The notes under the pieces were generated by a model, which was not told where the DNA came from, did not search any database, and saw only the letters and a list, made by a program, of their open reading frames with translations. A stretch of DNA of 64,000 bases from Mayamaea pseudoterrestris (Eukaryota): the NCBI GenBank assembly GCA_027923505.1, contig BROI01000018.1, positions 372,001 to 436,000 on the forward strand, written 5' to 3'. A program made the translations under genes and the position numbers. How positions within the stretch are numbered: the stretch's first letter is position 1; the number at the start of each line of letters is the position of its first letter. Shown here one piece after another: positions 25,657-37,820 of this stretch.

Positions 25657-27283
25657 TTACTGGTCCGAATGTTCGTCCTCAGTCTGTTCGACTTGGCCAG
25701 CATCCATCTTGCGGATCGAGGCAATGTACTCGAGCACAGCAGGGTCCGACTTGGCCAGCTTCTTCAATGACTCGGGCGCATGCTCAATAAAGTTGGGGAT
25801 GATACGCGGATGGCCAGGTCCAACTTGGAGTAGGTCCTCATCGTCGGCAAAGTTCTTGGCCGCCCGCTCTTCGGCCGTTCCAATGTAGACTTCATCGCGT
25901 TGGAAGTGAGCAACCTTGGCGTGGACCTCGGCAATGACCCAGGCACCAGAGCAAAGACCAGTCCATTCGAGGAACAAGCAGATTCTAAGAAAGACAAAGG
26001 CCAACGGATTTGACAAGAAAGCAATCGGGAAGGCCGCGGCCACGAGACGCCAGCCGATGGATCCAATGATGGTAGTGATGAGGGCCCCGAGCAGTCCAGT
26101 GTTGAAGAAGTTCTGGATGCCGTCACTGACGCCAAAAATGTTGTTGCCTTCGCCTGGCACAATGGTGAGCGAGGTAATGCGGGCGACAAAGAACATCATG
26201 GACACGACACACATCTGGCGGCCGACCATGAAGCCTGGAAGGTTGCGACCCTCGCCGGTAAAGAGCAGCTCGCACGTCTTGCGGGCGAACCAGTTGGTTC
26301 CGCGCTCCTCCTTGGTGACCTTGGTGACGGCGAAAAAGGCGATTTGCATGCCTTCCAAGAGTCCGACAAAGCACATGAGCACGAAGAAGATGATGATGGC
26401 GACTGGCTTGGGGCATCCCTCCCACATGGTGGTATATCCTTGAGCAATGGCAGTAATGGTGACGGCGAGTGCAAACGAGAGAATTCCGAGCGACATGAGG
26501 CAGCGGGCCCAGAAGAAGACCCACGTAAAGCCAGAGCGGGGCTCTTCCTGCGACTCGACGGGCTTGCCAGCAAGGTAGGAGACAGACATTTGGATCAAGT
26601 AGGATGCGTGCAGCAGTCCGGAAAACTCGACAAGCATGGAGACTTGGACTGTAAAGTATCCGAACCAGTTGCTCAAGTAGTCGAGCATGCAATGGCATCC
26701 GTTGACTTCAGAGTTCAGCTGTCCGCAAATGCAGGTGAAAAGGATCATGGCAAGTCCAGTGACCAAGAAGATGTTCGTGATGATGCTTGGAAGGCCCCAA
26801 AGCTCGGCATCTGGGAGCGGACTTCCACACTGGTTGATGACAAAGACAATCAAGCAAACAAGAAACTGACGACCCAGCAAATAGCGATCAAGATTGTCTC
26901 CCTTGTTGGTGATGCCAGTGCAGCGGTACGCCAATTTATGGCTGTCCTTGTAGAGTTCCCTGTGGACAGGCGCAAGTCCGACAATGGCCGCTTGGCCACC
27001 CTCAATCATGGTGAGCCAGATGATTGCCACCCAGATGACAATGAACGCGAGGGCGGGGTGCACCTCACTGTTGATGACGAATGAGCGAGTGAATGTTGAA
27101 CGTCAGAGGTGCTCTTTTCAAAAACATGCTGTCGAGGAAGCGCTCCAAGTAAACGTACCTGGCGAGCTTCGTCTGCCCAGTAAAGATCAACCCCATGATC
27201 ATGGCAATGGAAAAGATGACGAGGACCACGGAATAGGCCTCGCGAATGCGGTCGAATACAGTTTTGGAATGGAGCTGCGTCAT
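25657..27283 (-). CDS. SIT: Silicon transporter (SIT), copy B; 2 exons (27283-27159, 27067-25657)
   Basis: MTQLHSKTVFDRIREA...KLAS|EVHPALAF...EGGQ...LGRQ...CMLD...EGMQ...GRQ, with one GT-AG intron at 27158-27068. It is colinear with and highly similar to copy A. Confidence 0.96.
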
Positions 27284-27812
27284 GGTTGCTGGTAGGTGAT
27301 ACGAGTTTCAAGTCGATGCTGCTGGATGCAAGTGTCAAGGCAATGCTGGATGGCGGAACAGCTCGTCTCTCACAAGCTGAAGAAATTGTGAGCCGAACCA
27401 CAAGTGCAATTATTGTCCATGCTGGAGGCTCAACGCGTCGCTGAATTTTGCAGCGACAATCGAATCCATTGTCTGCAGTTACGCGGTGGTTACTTGTTGC
27501 CGACTTTGTTACGCCCATTGGCTTTTGCGTGAAAAACGGACGTTAGACAGAAGTTACTCGGAGGTTGTGAGTCTTGCGAGTCGGTATAGGCTTAACAAAT
27601 AAGTCATTTGCAGTTTTCAAATTGTTAACCATTCGATAACGCTGTTTCCATTGGCTGTCGCCAATGCACAATCTTCAGCACGCAGGCCGTAAATGAAAAC
27701 CAGAACGACAATTGCACGACGGTTTCGTCTCATCCATCCGTCTTCGCCATGATCACATCCGTTTCCGTCGTACTCTACAAGAAGTACACAATCGGCTGCG
27801 TTCTTATACAAG

Positions 27813-29195
27813 ATGAGCGACAGCGACAATTCAAGCGCTTCTGGCGACGAGGACAATCATATAGCGCGTCCGATTCAGATTCGCGTTGCGCCTGATTCTT
27901 CGACGCCTATTCTATGCTCTTTTCCCGGCGGCCTTCCATCAGCTTTGCAATCAAACAACAATGCTGACGCTGAACTTCCGACGTTCCTATGGAATAAGCA
28001 ACAGAATGATGTAAAAACTACTCTATTTGGAAAGGACGATGCATGCTTTTATACGGCTACAGTATCGGATAAAGACAAGGACAAGCAATCTGTCAAGTAC
28101 TGCGTCGGCGTATTTGACAAACGAACCAACACGCTGACACTTTCGCAAGCCGCCTGCAACGGAAGCGTTTTTGCGTTGAATCAATCGGTACGCAACTACC
28201 AAGCGCATACGGAGTCATCCGCCGAAGCGCGACTCTCGCTCGTTCAAGACTTTAGCAGCGCCAAGAAGCAAAAGGTCCTTCGATCACAGGCTGCCAATCG
28301 CGTCAAGGCTGATTCCGTCGTTGGCGCTGGCAAGCTCCTCATGAATGGCGTAAAGCAAACAATGTCCGAGTCGAATCAGCAAGCCATGGCGGAAGGCAGA
28401 GACCAGCAGCAGCAGAATGCTGCGATCCAATTGGCGACGGATGCTTGGCGGAGCGACTTTTTGCCGCCGTTTGATGCCACGGCGGCGGAGCCTTGCAAAG
28501 CATACAAGGCGAAAAAGATTGTCAGCAAGGAAAGTTGGAAACAAGTTGGACGGGTTGTGGAAGCATGCCTGCATAAGGACGATGTGGCTGCAGCTATTTT
28601 GGACGGTGGTGATGGCGTTGGTGAGGAAGCACCGAAACAGTATCCTGGCAAGTCGCCGCCGAAGCGGTTTTTTACAACCATTGAGGATCTTATTGCGCGG
28701 CTATGTAGCGAGCCGGTGGATCACTTGGAAAAGGACCGACTGCAGTGCGCGATTCTCGTCAACCATTTTGCCACGCTCTATACGAGTCTTGAGAAGCGAA
28801 AGTACATTCAGCCTCCAGCCTTGGATCGAACACGGTTCTTCGGCACTCCCCTCGAGTTCGCGTCCTTCTTCCTAGACAAATTTACCACGTCCACGCTGGA
28901 TGCGCAAGGGAACGAAGGGCATGTCATGTCAAAGACGGACAAGGATCGCTGCATGGCGCACATGCTTATCCTCTACATTATCGCGGACTCTGGCACATCG
29001 ATGCGAACTGCCAATATCAAGCCATTGCTCGACGACATTAAGCAGGACCTTACGAGCGCTACACAACTCTTGCGACAAGCTGGCTTTACGATGGAGCGCA
29101 AGTCGGGAACGTCAACGACAACGGCCTACTTGAGGACGCCTCTGACGTTTCCCTCGGGAATTCGCAAGCGCGCACTCAAAGCCGCTGGAAGATAA
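27813..29195 (+). CDS. RNA polymerase I-associated factor A49-like protein (RPA49/POLR1E family)
   Basis: 460-aa ORF. The motifs YCVGVFDKRTNTL, ARLSLVQDFSSAKKQK, LPPFDATA and the C-terminal AYLRTPLTFP resemble the A49 family as I recall it. Confidence 0.7.
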   Translation: MSDSDNSSASGDEDNHIARPIQIRVAPDSSTPILCSFPGGLPSALQSNNNADAELPTFLWNKQQNDVKTTLFGKDDACFYTATVSDKDKDKQSVKYCVGVFDKRTNTLTLSQAACNGSVFALNQSVRNYQAHTESSAEARLSLVQDFSSAKKQKVLRSQAANRVKADSVVGAGKLLMNGVKQTMSESNQQAMAEGRDQQQQNAAIQLATDAWRSDFLPPFDATAAEPCKAYKAKKIVSKESWKQVGRVVEACLHKDDVAAAILDGGDGVGEEAPKQYPGKSPPKRFFTTIEDLIARLCSEPVDHLEKDRLQCAILVNHFATLYTSLEKRKYIQPPALDRTRFFGTPLEFASFFLDKFTTSTLDAQGNEGHVMSKTDKDRCMAHMLILYIIADSGTSMRTANIKPLLDDIKQDLTSATQLLRQAGFTMERKSGTSTTTAYLRTPLTFPSGIRKRALKAAGR

Positions 29196-29387
29196 GAATA
29201 TTGTAGTACATAGCACCCTTTGCGGTTTATGCTCGACCTAATTAATGTATATAAATAGTGAGCATTTGTACGACTAAGCTATATCGATCATGCAGTAAAA
29301 ACTAACTGTCGGCTATATAATTTATACATTGTACCACACTTGGCACGGCAAGAAAAGGTTCCCTGCCGTTCCCATGTGGCCCGGTCC

Positions 29388-30790
29388 TCAAACCGAGTCT
29401 TGTCGGCTGTTTGATCGTTGCCGCGATGACATTGGTGCTGGCGGGTGCTCTACCTGATGGAACGAAGGACTGCCTGTCACTCCATAGTGGTAGAACTGCT
29501 GGTGATGTGGTTGCATGTGCGCATGCTGCTGAGGATGATACATGTATGGAGCAAATGCCGAGACGCCGCCGCCGCCGCCTTCAGGATGTGCGACTGGCAT
29601 GTGCGTGTTTGGTACAGGGACGCTAATGTAGGTGTAGCCGGGAGGGCAGGCTTGATATGGTGGCGGGTGTGGGAGCGGGTGCGGCTGAGAAGTCGCTTGT
29701 TGGTATGGGCCCGTCGGCCATTGAGGTTCTTGTCGCAGACCGGGAGGAAACTGACCTGATGATTTGAGAAGTTCCAGCTGCTGCTTGGCGGCCTCTACCA
29801 GTTTCTGCGGCAAGGAGCGAGGCGAGACAATGGGTGAGTAGCTAATTGGTTGATTGCCTCGACAGCCAGCAAAGCAACATCGAGCCTTACCTCTCTCCCA
29901 TGCTGTTCAAACTTCCGTTGTATTGTTGAATACCAATGGTTCTTGACATCATTGTCGGAACGTCCAGGAAGATATTTCGAAATACTCGCCCACCGGTGTT
30001 TCTTGTCGATATGTTGGTTCAAAGCAATCAGGATTGCTTCTTCGTCGTCGGTCCACTCTCCCTTCTTTAAGACAGGATCAAGGTGATTGACAAAGCGCTC
30101 GCGGCATTGTTTGCCTTGTCGACCAGGCAAATGCGCCGCAATCTTGGCCCACTTCCTGCCGTATAGCTGGCGTTTCTCGATGAGTATCCGATCTTCCTCA
30201 GTCGTCCATGAACCCTTGCCCTTGATGATGACCGTTTGGGTCAACTGCTGCCACTTGGAAAGACACTCAATGGCGCTGTTATTGGTAAAATTGGAAGCTA
30301 TCTCATTCCAGCGTGGTGCAGTGTCGCGATATTGCTCAACAAGCTTCTTGAGTAGCTCGCAATCCTCGGCCGACCATGAAGCGTTCGAATCGGAGTCTTC
30401 TGCCGACCTGCTCCCATCATCGTCAATCTCGGATGGCTCCTTTTGCATGCTTGTGAGGTCCCTTATTTGCATGTACCTTTTAAGACACTGCACCGCTGTC
30501 CGTCCCTTCATCTCTTGGGAGATGCGATCCCAGTCTTCCTCTTCGTCATCGTCGTCATCCTCCTCACACAAGCGCTTGCGCTCTCGCATGACAGCCTTGG
30601 CTAGCTGCTTGTCTTCGGCGATGGACCAGTCTGTCTTGCGCTTCTTTGTGAGGACAATTGATGAGTCTTCGTCTTCGGCATTGTCATTCGTGCGCTTGGA
30701 CATTTTTGGTGGCGTCCCGTTGAGAGAGTCCCTGGATTTAAGGCTGGACAAGGGAGAGTAAGTGAGATGTCGTTGTTGATCGTCGCTCAT
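29388..30790 (-). CDS. Myb transcription factor with four Myb repeats, paralog 1; 2 exons (30790-29891, 29804-29388)
   Basis: A canonical R2R3-like pair (KGSWTTEED...[27 protein letters not shown]...[14 protein letters not shown]) follows two more W-anchored repeats. An intron at 29890-29805 joins HGRE|KLVEAA to a P/Q/H/Y-rich tail. Confidence 0.92.
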
Positions 30791-31436
30791 GTCGCCAAAG
30801 ATTCATCGGCAGTCAACATTGGTGCGAACGAGAGGAAAAGTATACACCCACTATTTCAGAACATTCCCGCTCACATTCACCCGTCAGCTTGACCAATCAT
30901 CACCTCTTCGAGCGTCGAACCATTCACAGCGCCTACTCATCGCAAAGATTATCGCTTACATTTTCGACGAGTATAATCGGTTAATCAGCAGCTTCATCTT
31001 TTACTAGAAGAGAACAAAATGTGAACGAAGCAAGGCGGTGCGCACGACCGAAAGATCGAAGTGGCAGTTAAATGGGCAGTTACGAAGGCTTTCCCAATAT
31101 TGCCTCTCACAAAAGTGGCAGACTCGCGCTGACCTCCGATAACCAGCGAGAAAAAGGAAGTGTGACTGTTTACTGTGGCTCGTAGAGCAGAAAAAGGTCA
31201 ATCACGAGCTCTTTTACGAAATATCAATTACGGTTTTCATACTGTTAGATCTACGTTGCATTTGAATTGTGCCGTTTTAAGCTGTTCTACCGCGCCCTTG
31301 TCGCGGGAGAGGTGCTCGGTCAGCTGCTAAGCTACTCGTTTACTGCATACAGTATCGACAAAGAAACATGAATGGTTTACATTTACCCATCAAGTCTGTG
31401 GCTATGAGCGTTGCTTTAATTTAGGTAGCTAGTGGT

Positions 31437-32793
31437 TCATCCATCGTCGACCCCTGAAGTGTCGTGCTTGTCTGATGGTGATCGCCTTTGCCTTAATGAT
31501 GACTTTCGTTCACTCGATGGATCGGAATGATGCGCCTGACCTGGCGCATAATTGTAGTATGGGTGTGCTTGTGGCGGCATGTGCGCATGCTGCTGTGGGT
31601 GGTACATGTAGGCCTGAGCAATCGTCGTCGCTGCGTCGGGACCAGCCGATGCTACCGGATGCCCCGCGCCTCCGCCCATGTAGGCGTAGCCTGGAGGATA
31701 TCGTTGGTAGAGAGACGGATGTAACGAATGTTGTGCAACACCCGTAGCTTGATTGTATGGGTGTGCCGGCCATGCAGGTGGAACTTGTTGCTGTCCAGGA
31801 GGAAATTGGCCGGCGCCTTTCAGCAGCTCTAGTTGTTCCAATGCCGCTTGTACCAGTTTCTGAAGATTAGGGCGCATAGAGCAGATTAGTTAGGTAACGC
31901 TGCACTTGTCATCGGTGCACACACACCACACGTACCTCTTTGCCATGCTGCTCAAACTTGCGTTGTATTGTTGAGTACCAATGATTCTTGACATCGTTAT
32001 CTGATCGACCGGGCAAGTACTTTGATATATTAGCCCATCGGTGCTTCTTGTCATTCTGTTGGTTCAACGCAATGAGAATGGCCTCCTCATCGTCGGTCCA
32101 TTCACCCTTTTTCAATGCTGGGTCAAGGTGATTGACGAAGCGTTCCCGACATTGCTTGCCTTGCCTGCCAGGTAAATGCGAGGCAATCTTAGCCCACTTC
32201 CTTCCATACAATTGCCGCTTTTCTATAAGTATTTTGTCTTCTTCATTCGTCCAGGAGCCCTTGCCTTTAATGACTGGCGACTGCGTCAGTTGCTGCCACT
32301 TAGAGAGGCACTCAATGGCGCTGTGGTTTGTAAAGTTTGACGAAATCTCATTCCACCTTGGCGCACTGTTGCGGTACTGTTCGACTAGTTTTTTGAGTAG
32401 CTCACAGTCACCCGTTGACCATGGAGCTCCCGCGTAGCTTTCCCTTTCCGATGCACTGCCTTCCTCTTCGTCGTCCTTTTCCGATGCTTCGCCTCGCGCC
32501 GACCCCTTGATTTGCATGTAGCGCTTGAGGCATTGCACTGCCGATCTGCCTGCTATATTGTTAGCAATGTGATCCCAGTCTTCCTCGTCGTCGTCGGCAT
32601 CATCATCATGTTCGTCGGCTTGTTGATTCTCCGAGTTTGCCGTTCGCCGCTGTCGATCCGCCTCGACGACCTGCAGTAGCAACTCGTCTTCAGCAGGAGT
32701 CCAATCGGCTTTTCGCTTCTTGTTGCTGGTTTGGGGCGAGTCACAGTCTTGTCCGCTCTTTATCCGATGCTTTGATGATGACGACGACGACAT
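31437..32793 (-). CDS. Myb transcription factor with four Myb repeats, paralog 2; 2 exons (32793-31936, 31859-31437)
   Basis: It has the same architecture and the same intron position (HGKE|KLVQAA; intron 31935-31860) as paralog 1, and shares the tail motif [11 protein letters not shown]. Confidence 0.92.
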
Positions 32794-33538
32794 GAGAGAT
32801 TTGGTGTAGCCTGTTTCCGATAAACGGCAACTGCCGGAAGAGTCGTTTGATAGTCAATGCTCGTAGTGTAGTTGCTAGTCGTGGATTTGTTTTCGTCGAC
32901 GGCGATACTGTCGAGTGGGGATAGGAAAGTGACGATCATGTGAGTGTCTGCAAAGCTGACGTTTCATCAATGAGCTGTCATCACATTTTGAAAAGATGTT
33001 CCAACTGCTTGAATGATTGCAAAACTGCACCTTTGACTCGTTCGCATCAATCATGCATCTCGCGAATGACAGCAACTAACCCACGCACATGGAGTACATG
33101 CAAACGCTCACCTCTGTCGCAGCAACGATGCAGCTCTTTTGTTAACCGTCCCGTTGCGCAATGTGTCAAGAGGAAACGAAGATGATCAGACGGCGAAGCA
33201 CAGAAAAAAGAGAAACAACAGTTATGTGCAGTTACAAACACTCGTGATGTGCATTTTGGTGGAGAAATCAATGAGAATCTCAGCGGTATTGCCGGCTTGC
33301 GTATATCGGTTATATTTAACCGTTTCTTTGTATGTCAACTATGAGCCAGACCTGCTTTGCACGATCGTGGCTGGCGCGCATCAATGATTCGTTGCGAGCT
33401 TTTGGAGTTTCACTACGACACGTGTTGCGCTACGACACGCATCCTTCACCTTCGACCGCCATCATCGACAGTCACCATGAGAAAATCACACCTGCCGTAA
33501 CACTCTTTCGCTTAATCTTTTACTCTATTTATAGCACC

Positions 33539-35049
33539 ATGACTGCCGCAACAATGTCAATGACGACGGAAACGCATGGCGCAGGCACATTGGCGCGTTA
33601 TTATGCCTCCAAGATTGGAGAGCTCCGAGAGGTTGGTTAAGGCGATGAAATTTACATTGTCAATGCTCGCTCATGTGTAACCTTTTGACTCACAAATGAA
33701 ACCTCTATATGGATACAGCACGTTCAGGAGCGTCAGACAGATCTCCAGCGTCTCAAGGCTCGCCGAAATGAACTCAACGCGCAGGTCCGCATGCTGCGCG
33801 AGGAACTCAACCATTTGCAGGAGCCTGGATCCTACGTGGGCGAAGTGGTCAAGGCCATGGGGCAAAACAAGGTTTTGGTCAAGATCAATCCGGAAGGAAA
33901 GTATGTGGTGGATGTTGACAAGGAGATCAATATCAAGGACTGTCAACCTAATACGCGCGTTGCGCTTCGCAACGACTCTTACACGTTGCACAAGATTTTG
34001 CCGACAAAGGTTGATCCATTGGTGTCGCTCATGAAGGTGGAGGCTGTTCCGGATTCAACATACGACATGATTGGAGGTCTTGACAAGCAAGTGTTGGAGA
34101 TCAAGGAGGTGATTGAGCTTCCAATCAAGCATCCGGAGCTCTTTGAAAGCTTGGGTGTTGCGCAGCCCAAGGGAGTCTTGCTTTACGGACCTCCAGGCAC
34201 GGGCAAGACGCTCTTGGCTCGAGCCGTCGCCCATCATACGGATTGTACCTTTATTCGTGTTAGCGGTGCTGAGCTGGTGCAAAAGTACATTGGTGAGTTT
34301 TAAGAGACTGGTCGCGAATGTATTTCGGCATCAACTGGCGGCGCTTCGCTTGTCGCACGATTTACCAACTGCTGCACTACGTATTGCAAACTCAATTTGA
34401 CTGGCTTCGTCTCTTGCTCGCAGGTGAAGGAAGCCGCATGGTGCGCGAACTTTTCGTCATGGTACGTTTGTTCTGCTCGTTGCAAAGATTTAGTCGTCGC
34501 CATAGGCCGCACTCATGCTCTGATTCTTATCCCCAGGCTCGGGAGGCAGCGCCTAGTATCATCTTTATGGACGAGATTGACAGTGTTGGCATGTCTAGAG
34601 GAGGCGGAGGATCAGGAGGAGGTGACAGTGAAGTCCAGCGAACAATGATGGAGTTGCTCAATCAGTTGGACGGGTTCGAGGCGACGCAGACCATCAAGGT
34701 GATCATGGCCACGAATCGCATTGACATTTTGGATCCTGCTCTCTTGCGTCCTGGTCGTATTGACCGCAAAATTGAGTTTCCCAATCCCAATGTCGAGAAT
34801 CGCAAGGCAATCATTAGCATTCACTCGCGCAAGATGAATTTACTGCGAAACATTGACCTGCAGGTCATTGCAGAAAAGATGACGAATGCCAGTGGAGCCG
34901 AGTGCAAGGCTGTATGCACAGAGGCTGGTATGTTTGCCTTGCGTGAGCGTCGCATTCACGTAACGCAGGAGGACTTTGAAATGGCCGTGGCCAAGGTGAT
35001 GAAGAAGGACAGTGATCAGAACATTAGCTTGCAGCGCTTGTGGAAGTAA
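33539..35049 (+). CDS. RPT6: 26S proteasome AAA-ATPase subunit Rpt6 (PSMC5/SUG1); 4 exons (33539-33631, 33719-34292, 34424-34461, 34537-35049)
   Basis: Motifs [24 protein letters not shown], Walker [23 protein letters not shown], Walker [25 protein letters not shown] and the C-terminal RLWK. Three GT-AG introns restore the frame. Confidence 0.95.
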
Positions 35050-35336
35050 ATGAATGTAGTCGTACAGCTTTCTATATGAGTATTTTGTATAGTTTGTTAG
35101 TGACATTTGGTCGTGGTATTGTTTTGCCGTCGTAGGTAAAGCGAGTGACGGCGCTTTCTCCATGGTCGAGCCAAAATCCTGCGTCGAATTTGCCGATGAT
35201 TACTTTAGTGCCGGTGTGACTGTTCATGGCATTGGGCATAGCTTTGACGCTCGACCATGGCTCATTTGCCGCTCATCAATTCATATTACTCGCTGCAAAG
35301 ACAGCTCTATTACGTAAATGACAGCTACAAACAATC

Positions 35337-37784
35337 ATGTCGTCTTCTGAAGCAATCCAATACGAAGTCTTGTACTACAAACGGACGAACAAGGTTCACA
35401 AGAGCAAGGGCGTGTCAAAGTCTGACGGCATTTTGATCATTGATTCAGCCTTGCAAAAGGTGACGCTGCTCCAAGAAACCGATGGATCTAGTAATGCATC
35501 TGGAACAATGAATATTGCATCGAGCAGTAATAAAGATATTGTCAAGCGCGACTTACAGGAAGACGATACCATTGTTTTGGGAGCTTACGAAGTGCAAATT
35601 GTCGGTCGAAGAAACGGAGCAAGCAAGAGCACTATGACACATACATCAAGTCACGTACTGCAAACCACTATGAAACGAACCGCTGTCCCCCTGCAAAAGA
35701 AACCTTCGTTGCTTCAGAGTCGTCCATTAGCGCCACGAGTTGCTCCGCGTCAGCCAATGCCAATCCAGCGAGCCGTTCTTGCACCAAAGCAACCGCAGCA
35801 GCCACCTTTTAGCAAACAATCAAACGCTGACTCGCCTCCAGCAAAAGAACCGCGGCTTTCACAGTCCCGGCCAACAAGCTCAGTCTTCACGACGCGTAAA
35901 TTTCATCCTGTAGCTTCAAGCGTCAGCCGGAAGCGGCCCATTTCGACAGTTTCCACGCAGCAATCAACAACCCTTCAGCAACAATCTGCAATTCTTCCTC
36001 ATATTCCGTTACCAGCGACACTGGCTCGCACGTTACGACCGCATCAAGTCACTGGGGTCGACTTTCTTTGGACTGCCTTGCACGACAAGCGAGGCGCCAT
36101 TTTGGCCGATGAAATGGGCCTCGGAAAAACGCTTCTCACTATTGCACTGATATCCGCCATGCACAAGCAGGAGCGTACAAAGCAATTCATTGTCGTTTGT
36201 CCGTCGTCGCTGGTAAACAACTGGGCCAATGAGTTTGACAAGTGGATTGGCAAGGCTGGGAGTCCCAAGCGCGTTGTCGTGCGCAAGGGTGGCGAGGATG
36301 GCTTGGCGCAAATCAAGGCCTACTGCAGCAAAATGAAGCAAAGTAATACGCTATCGAGTCAAAACGGACAAGTATTGATTATAAGCTATGACTTGTTACG
36401 ACTCAAGGCGGCAGATGAGTTTCAGAGTAGCATGGCGCAGTCATTCAAGCTGCTTATAGTGGATGAAGGACATCGCTTGAAGAACACTGCCGGATCCCTG
36501 ACATTGACGGCGCTCGAGTCGATTCAATGCGATGCCCGACTCTGCATTACGGCTACGCCAATTCAAAACAACTTGTCAGAATTTTTCAAGCTTGCAAACT
36601 TTTGCTGCCCTGGTTGTTTGGGTGATTTGTCCTCGTTTCGCCGCAATTATGAGCGTCCCATTGCCGCGTCAAGCGGACCAAGCGCTTCGCGTCAGCAGCG
36701 AAATGAAGGAGCGGTGCAGTCCATGGAACTCGACCGGATCACCAAGACATTCATGCTGCGCCGCCTGCACAAAAACATTCTTAAAACCATGCTGCCGCCT
36801 CGGAGCGAGTTTCTGGTTTTTTGTCGTCCATCACCGCAGCAAGAAGCTTTATACCAATCCATCACACAAGAGACTCGCATCGACAGTGCCAACGCCGAAG
36901 CTCTTACAAAGCTCACGGCCTTGCGCAAACTTTGCGTCCATCCTGGACTATGCGACGGAGGTGCGAATGCCGATTCGGTCGGTTGGAGTCTCGCTCAATC
37001 CGGCAAACTTGTCGTTGTTGATGCTTTGCTCAATTCCATCCGTACCCATGCTCCCAACGACAAGCTCATTCTTGTGTCAAACTACACTTCTGCTCTCAGC
37101 GTCGTTGAATCTCTCATTCTGCAGCCTCGCGAGTATTCCTACGCACGTCTTGATGGGTCGACAAACGTCCAGGACCGCCAGTCTCTCGTCGACTCCTTCA
37201 ATCGCGCCACTCCCGACCAGCAGTTTTGTTTGTTGTTGAGTTCAAAGGCTGGCGGCGTCGGTTTAAATCTTATCGGAGCGAATCGATTGATTATGCTCGA
37301 CGCCGACTGGAATCCAGCGCTAGATATCCAGGCCTGCGGACGTATCTATCGCCAAGGCCAAACCAAGCCAACATTCATCTATCGCTTCTTCACGTCTGGT
37401 ACAATTGAGGAAGTCATTTACCAGCGCCAGTCCGCCAAGGGAAATTTAGCCAACATGGCTGTCGATGGGAAGGTATCCTCGCTGTCCAAGGGTGGTTTTA
37501 CTAAAGAGGAACTCGCTGATTGCTTCACGCTCAAGCAGAACTGCAGCTGCGACACCAAGCGCAAGCTAGGTAATATTTGGCCCGAGTACACTGGCCCTGA
37601 CAGTCTCGAAACGACAGACTCGGTCTTGCTGGAGCTCGCTGCCAGTGACGACATGAATCAGCGGCTCGGCCACATTCACGAAGTGCAAGAGAATGATCTA
37701 GCTGATCGAGCTATCGAGTCGGACGTGTTGGAACCCGAGTTGGTTAATAATTCCGACAATGAGGAGGAAATGGAGTTTGATTAG
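35337..37784 (+). CDS. RAD54/RAD54B-like SNF2-family DNA translocase
   Basis: 815 aa. Motifs LRPHQVTGV, ILADEMGLGKT, CPSSLVNNWANEF, VDEGHRLKN, TPIQNNL, LSSKAGGVGLNLIGANRL, DWNPA, RIYRQGQ and GTIEEVIYQRQ. Confidence 0.9.
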   Translation: MSSSEAIQYEVLYYKRTNKVHKSKGVSKSDGILIIDSALQKVTLLQETDGSSNASGTMNIASSSNKDIVKRDLQEDDTIVLGAYEVQIVGRRNGASKSTMTHTSSHVLQTTMKRTAVPLQKKPSLLQSRPLAPRVAPRQPMPIQRAVLAPKQPQQPPFSKQSNADSPPAKEPRLSQSRPTSSVFTTRKFHPVASSVSRKRPISTVSTQQSTTLQQQSAILPHIPLPATLARTLRPHQVTGVDFLWTALHDKRGAILADEMGLGKTLLTIALISAMHKQERTKQFIVVCPSSLVNNWANEFDKWIGKAGSPKRVVVRKGGEDGLAQIKAYCSKMKQSNTLSSQNGQVLIISYDLLRLKAADEFQSSMAQSFKLLIVDEGHRLKNTAGSLTLTALESIQCDARLCITATPIQNNLSEFFKLANFCCPGCLGDLSSFRRNYERPIAASSGPSASRQQRNEGAVQSMELDRITKTFMLRRLHKNILKTMLPPRSEFLVFCRPSPQQEALYQSITQETRIDSANAEALTKLTALRKLCVHPGLCDGGANADSVGWSLAQSGKLVVVDALLNSIRTHAPNDKLILVSNYTSALSVVESLILQPREYSYARLDGSTNVQDRQSLVDSFNRATPDQQFCLLLSSKAGGVGLNLIGANRLIMLDADWNPALDIQACGRIYRQGQTKPTFIYRFFTSGTIEEVIYQRQSAKGNLANMAVDGKVSSLSKGGFTKEELADCFTLKQNCSCDTKRKLGNIWPEYTGPDSLETTDSVLLELAASDDMNQRLGHIHEVQENDLADRAIESDVLEPELVNNSDNEEEMEFD

Positions 37785-37820
37785 AGACAACTTGATGTTC
37801 TAGTATGCTCATATGAAGAC

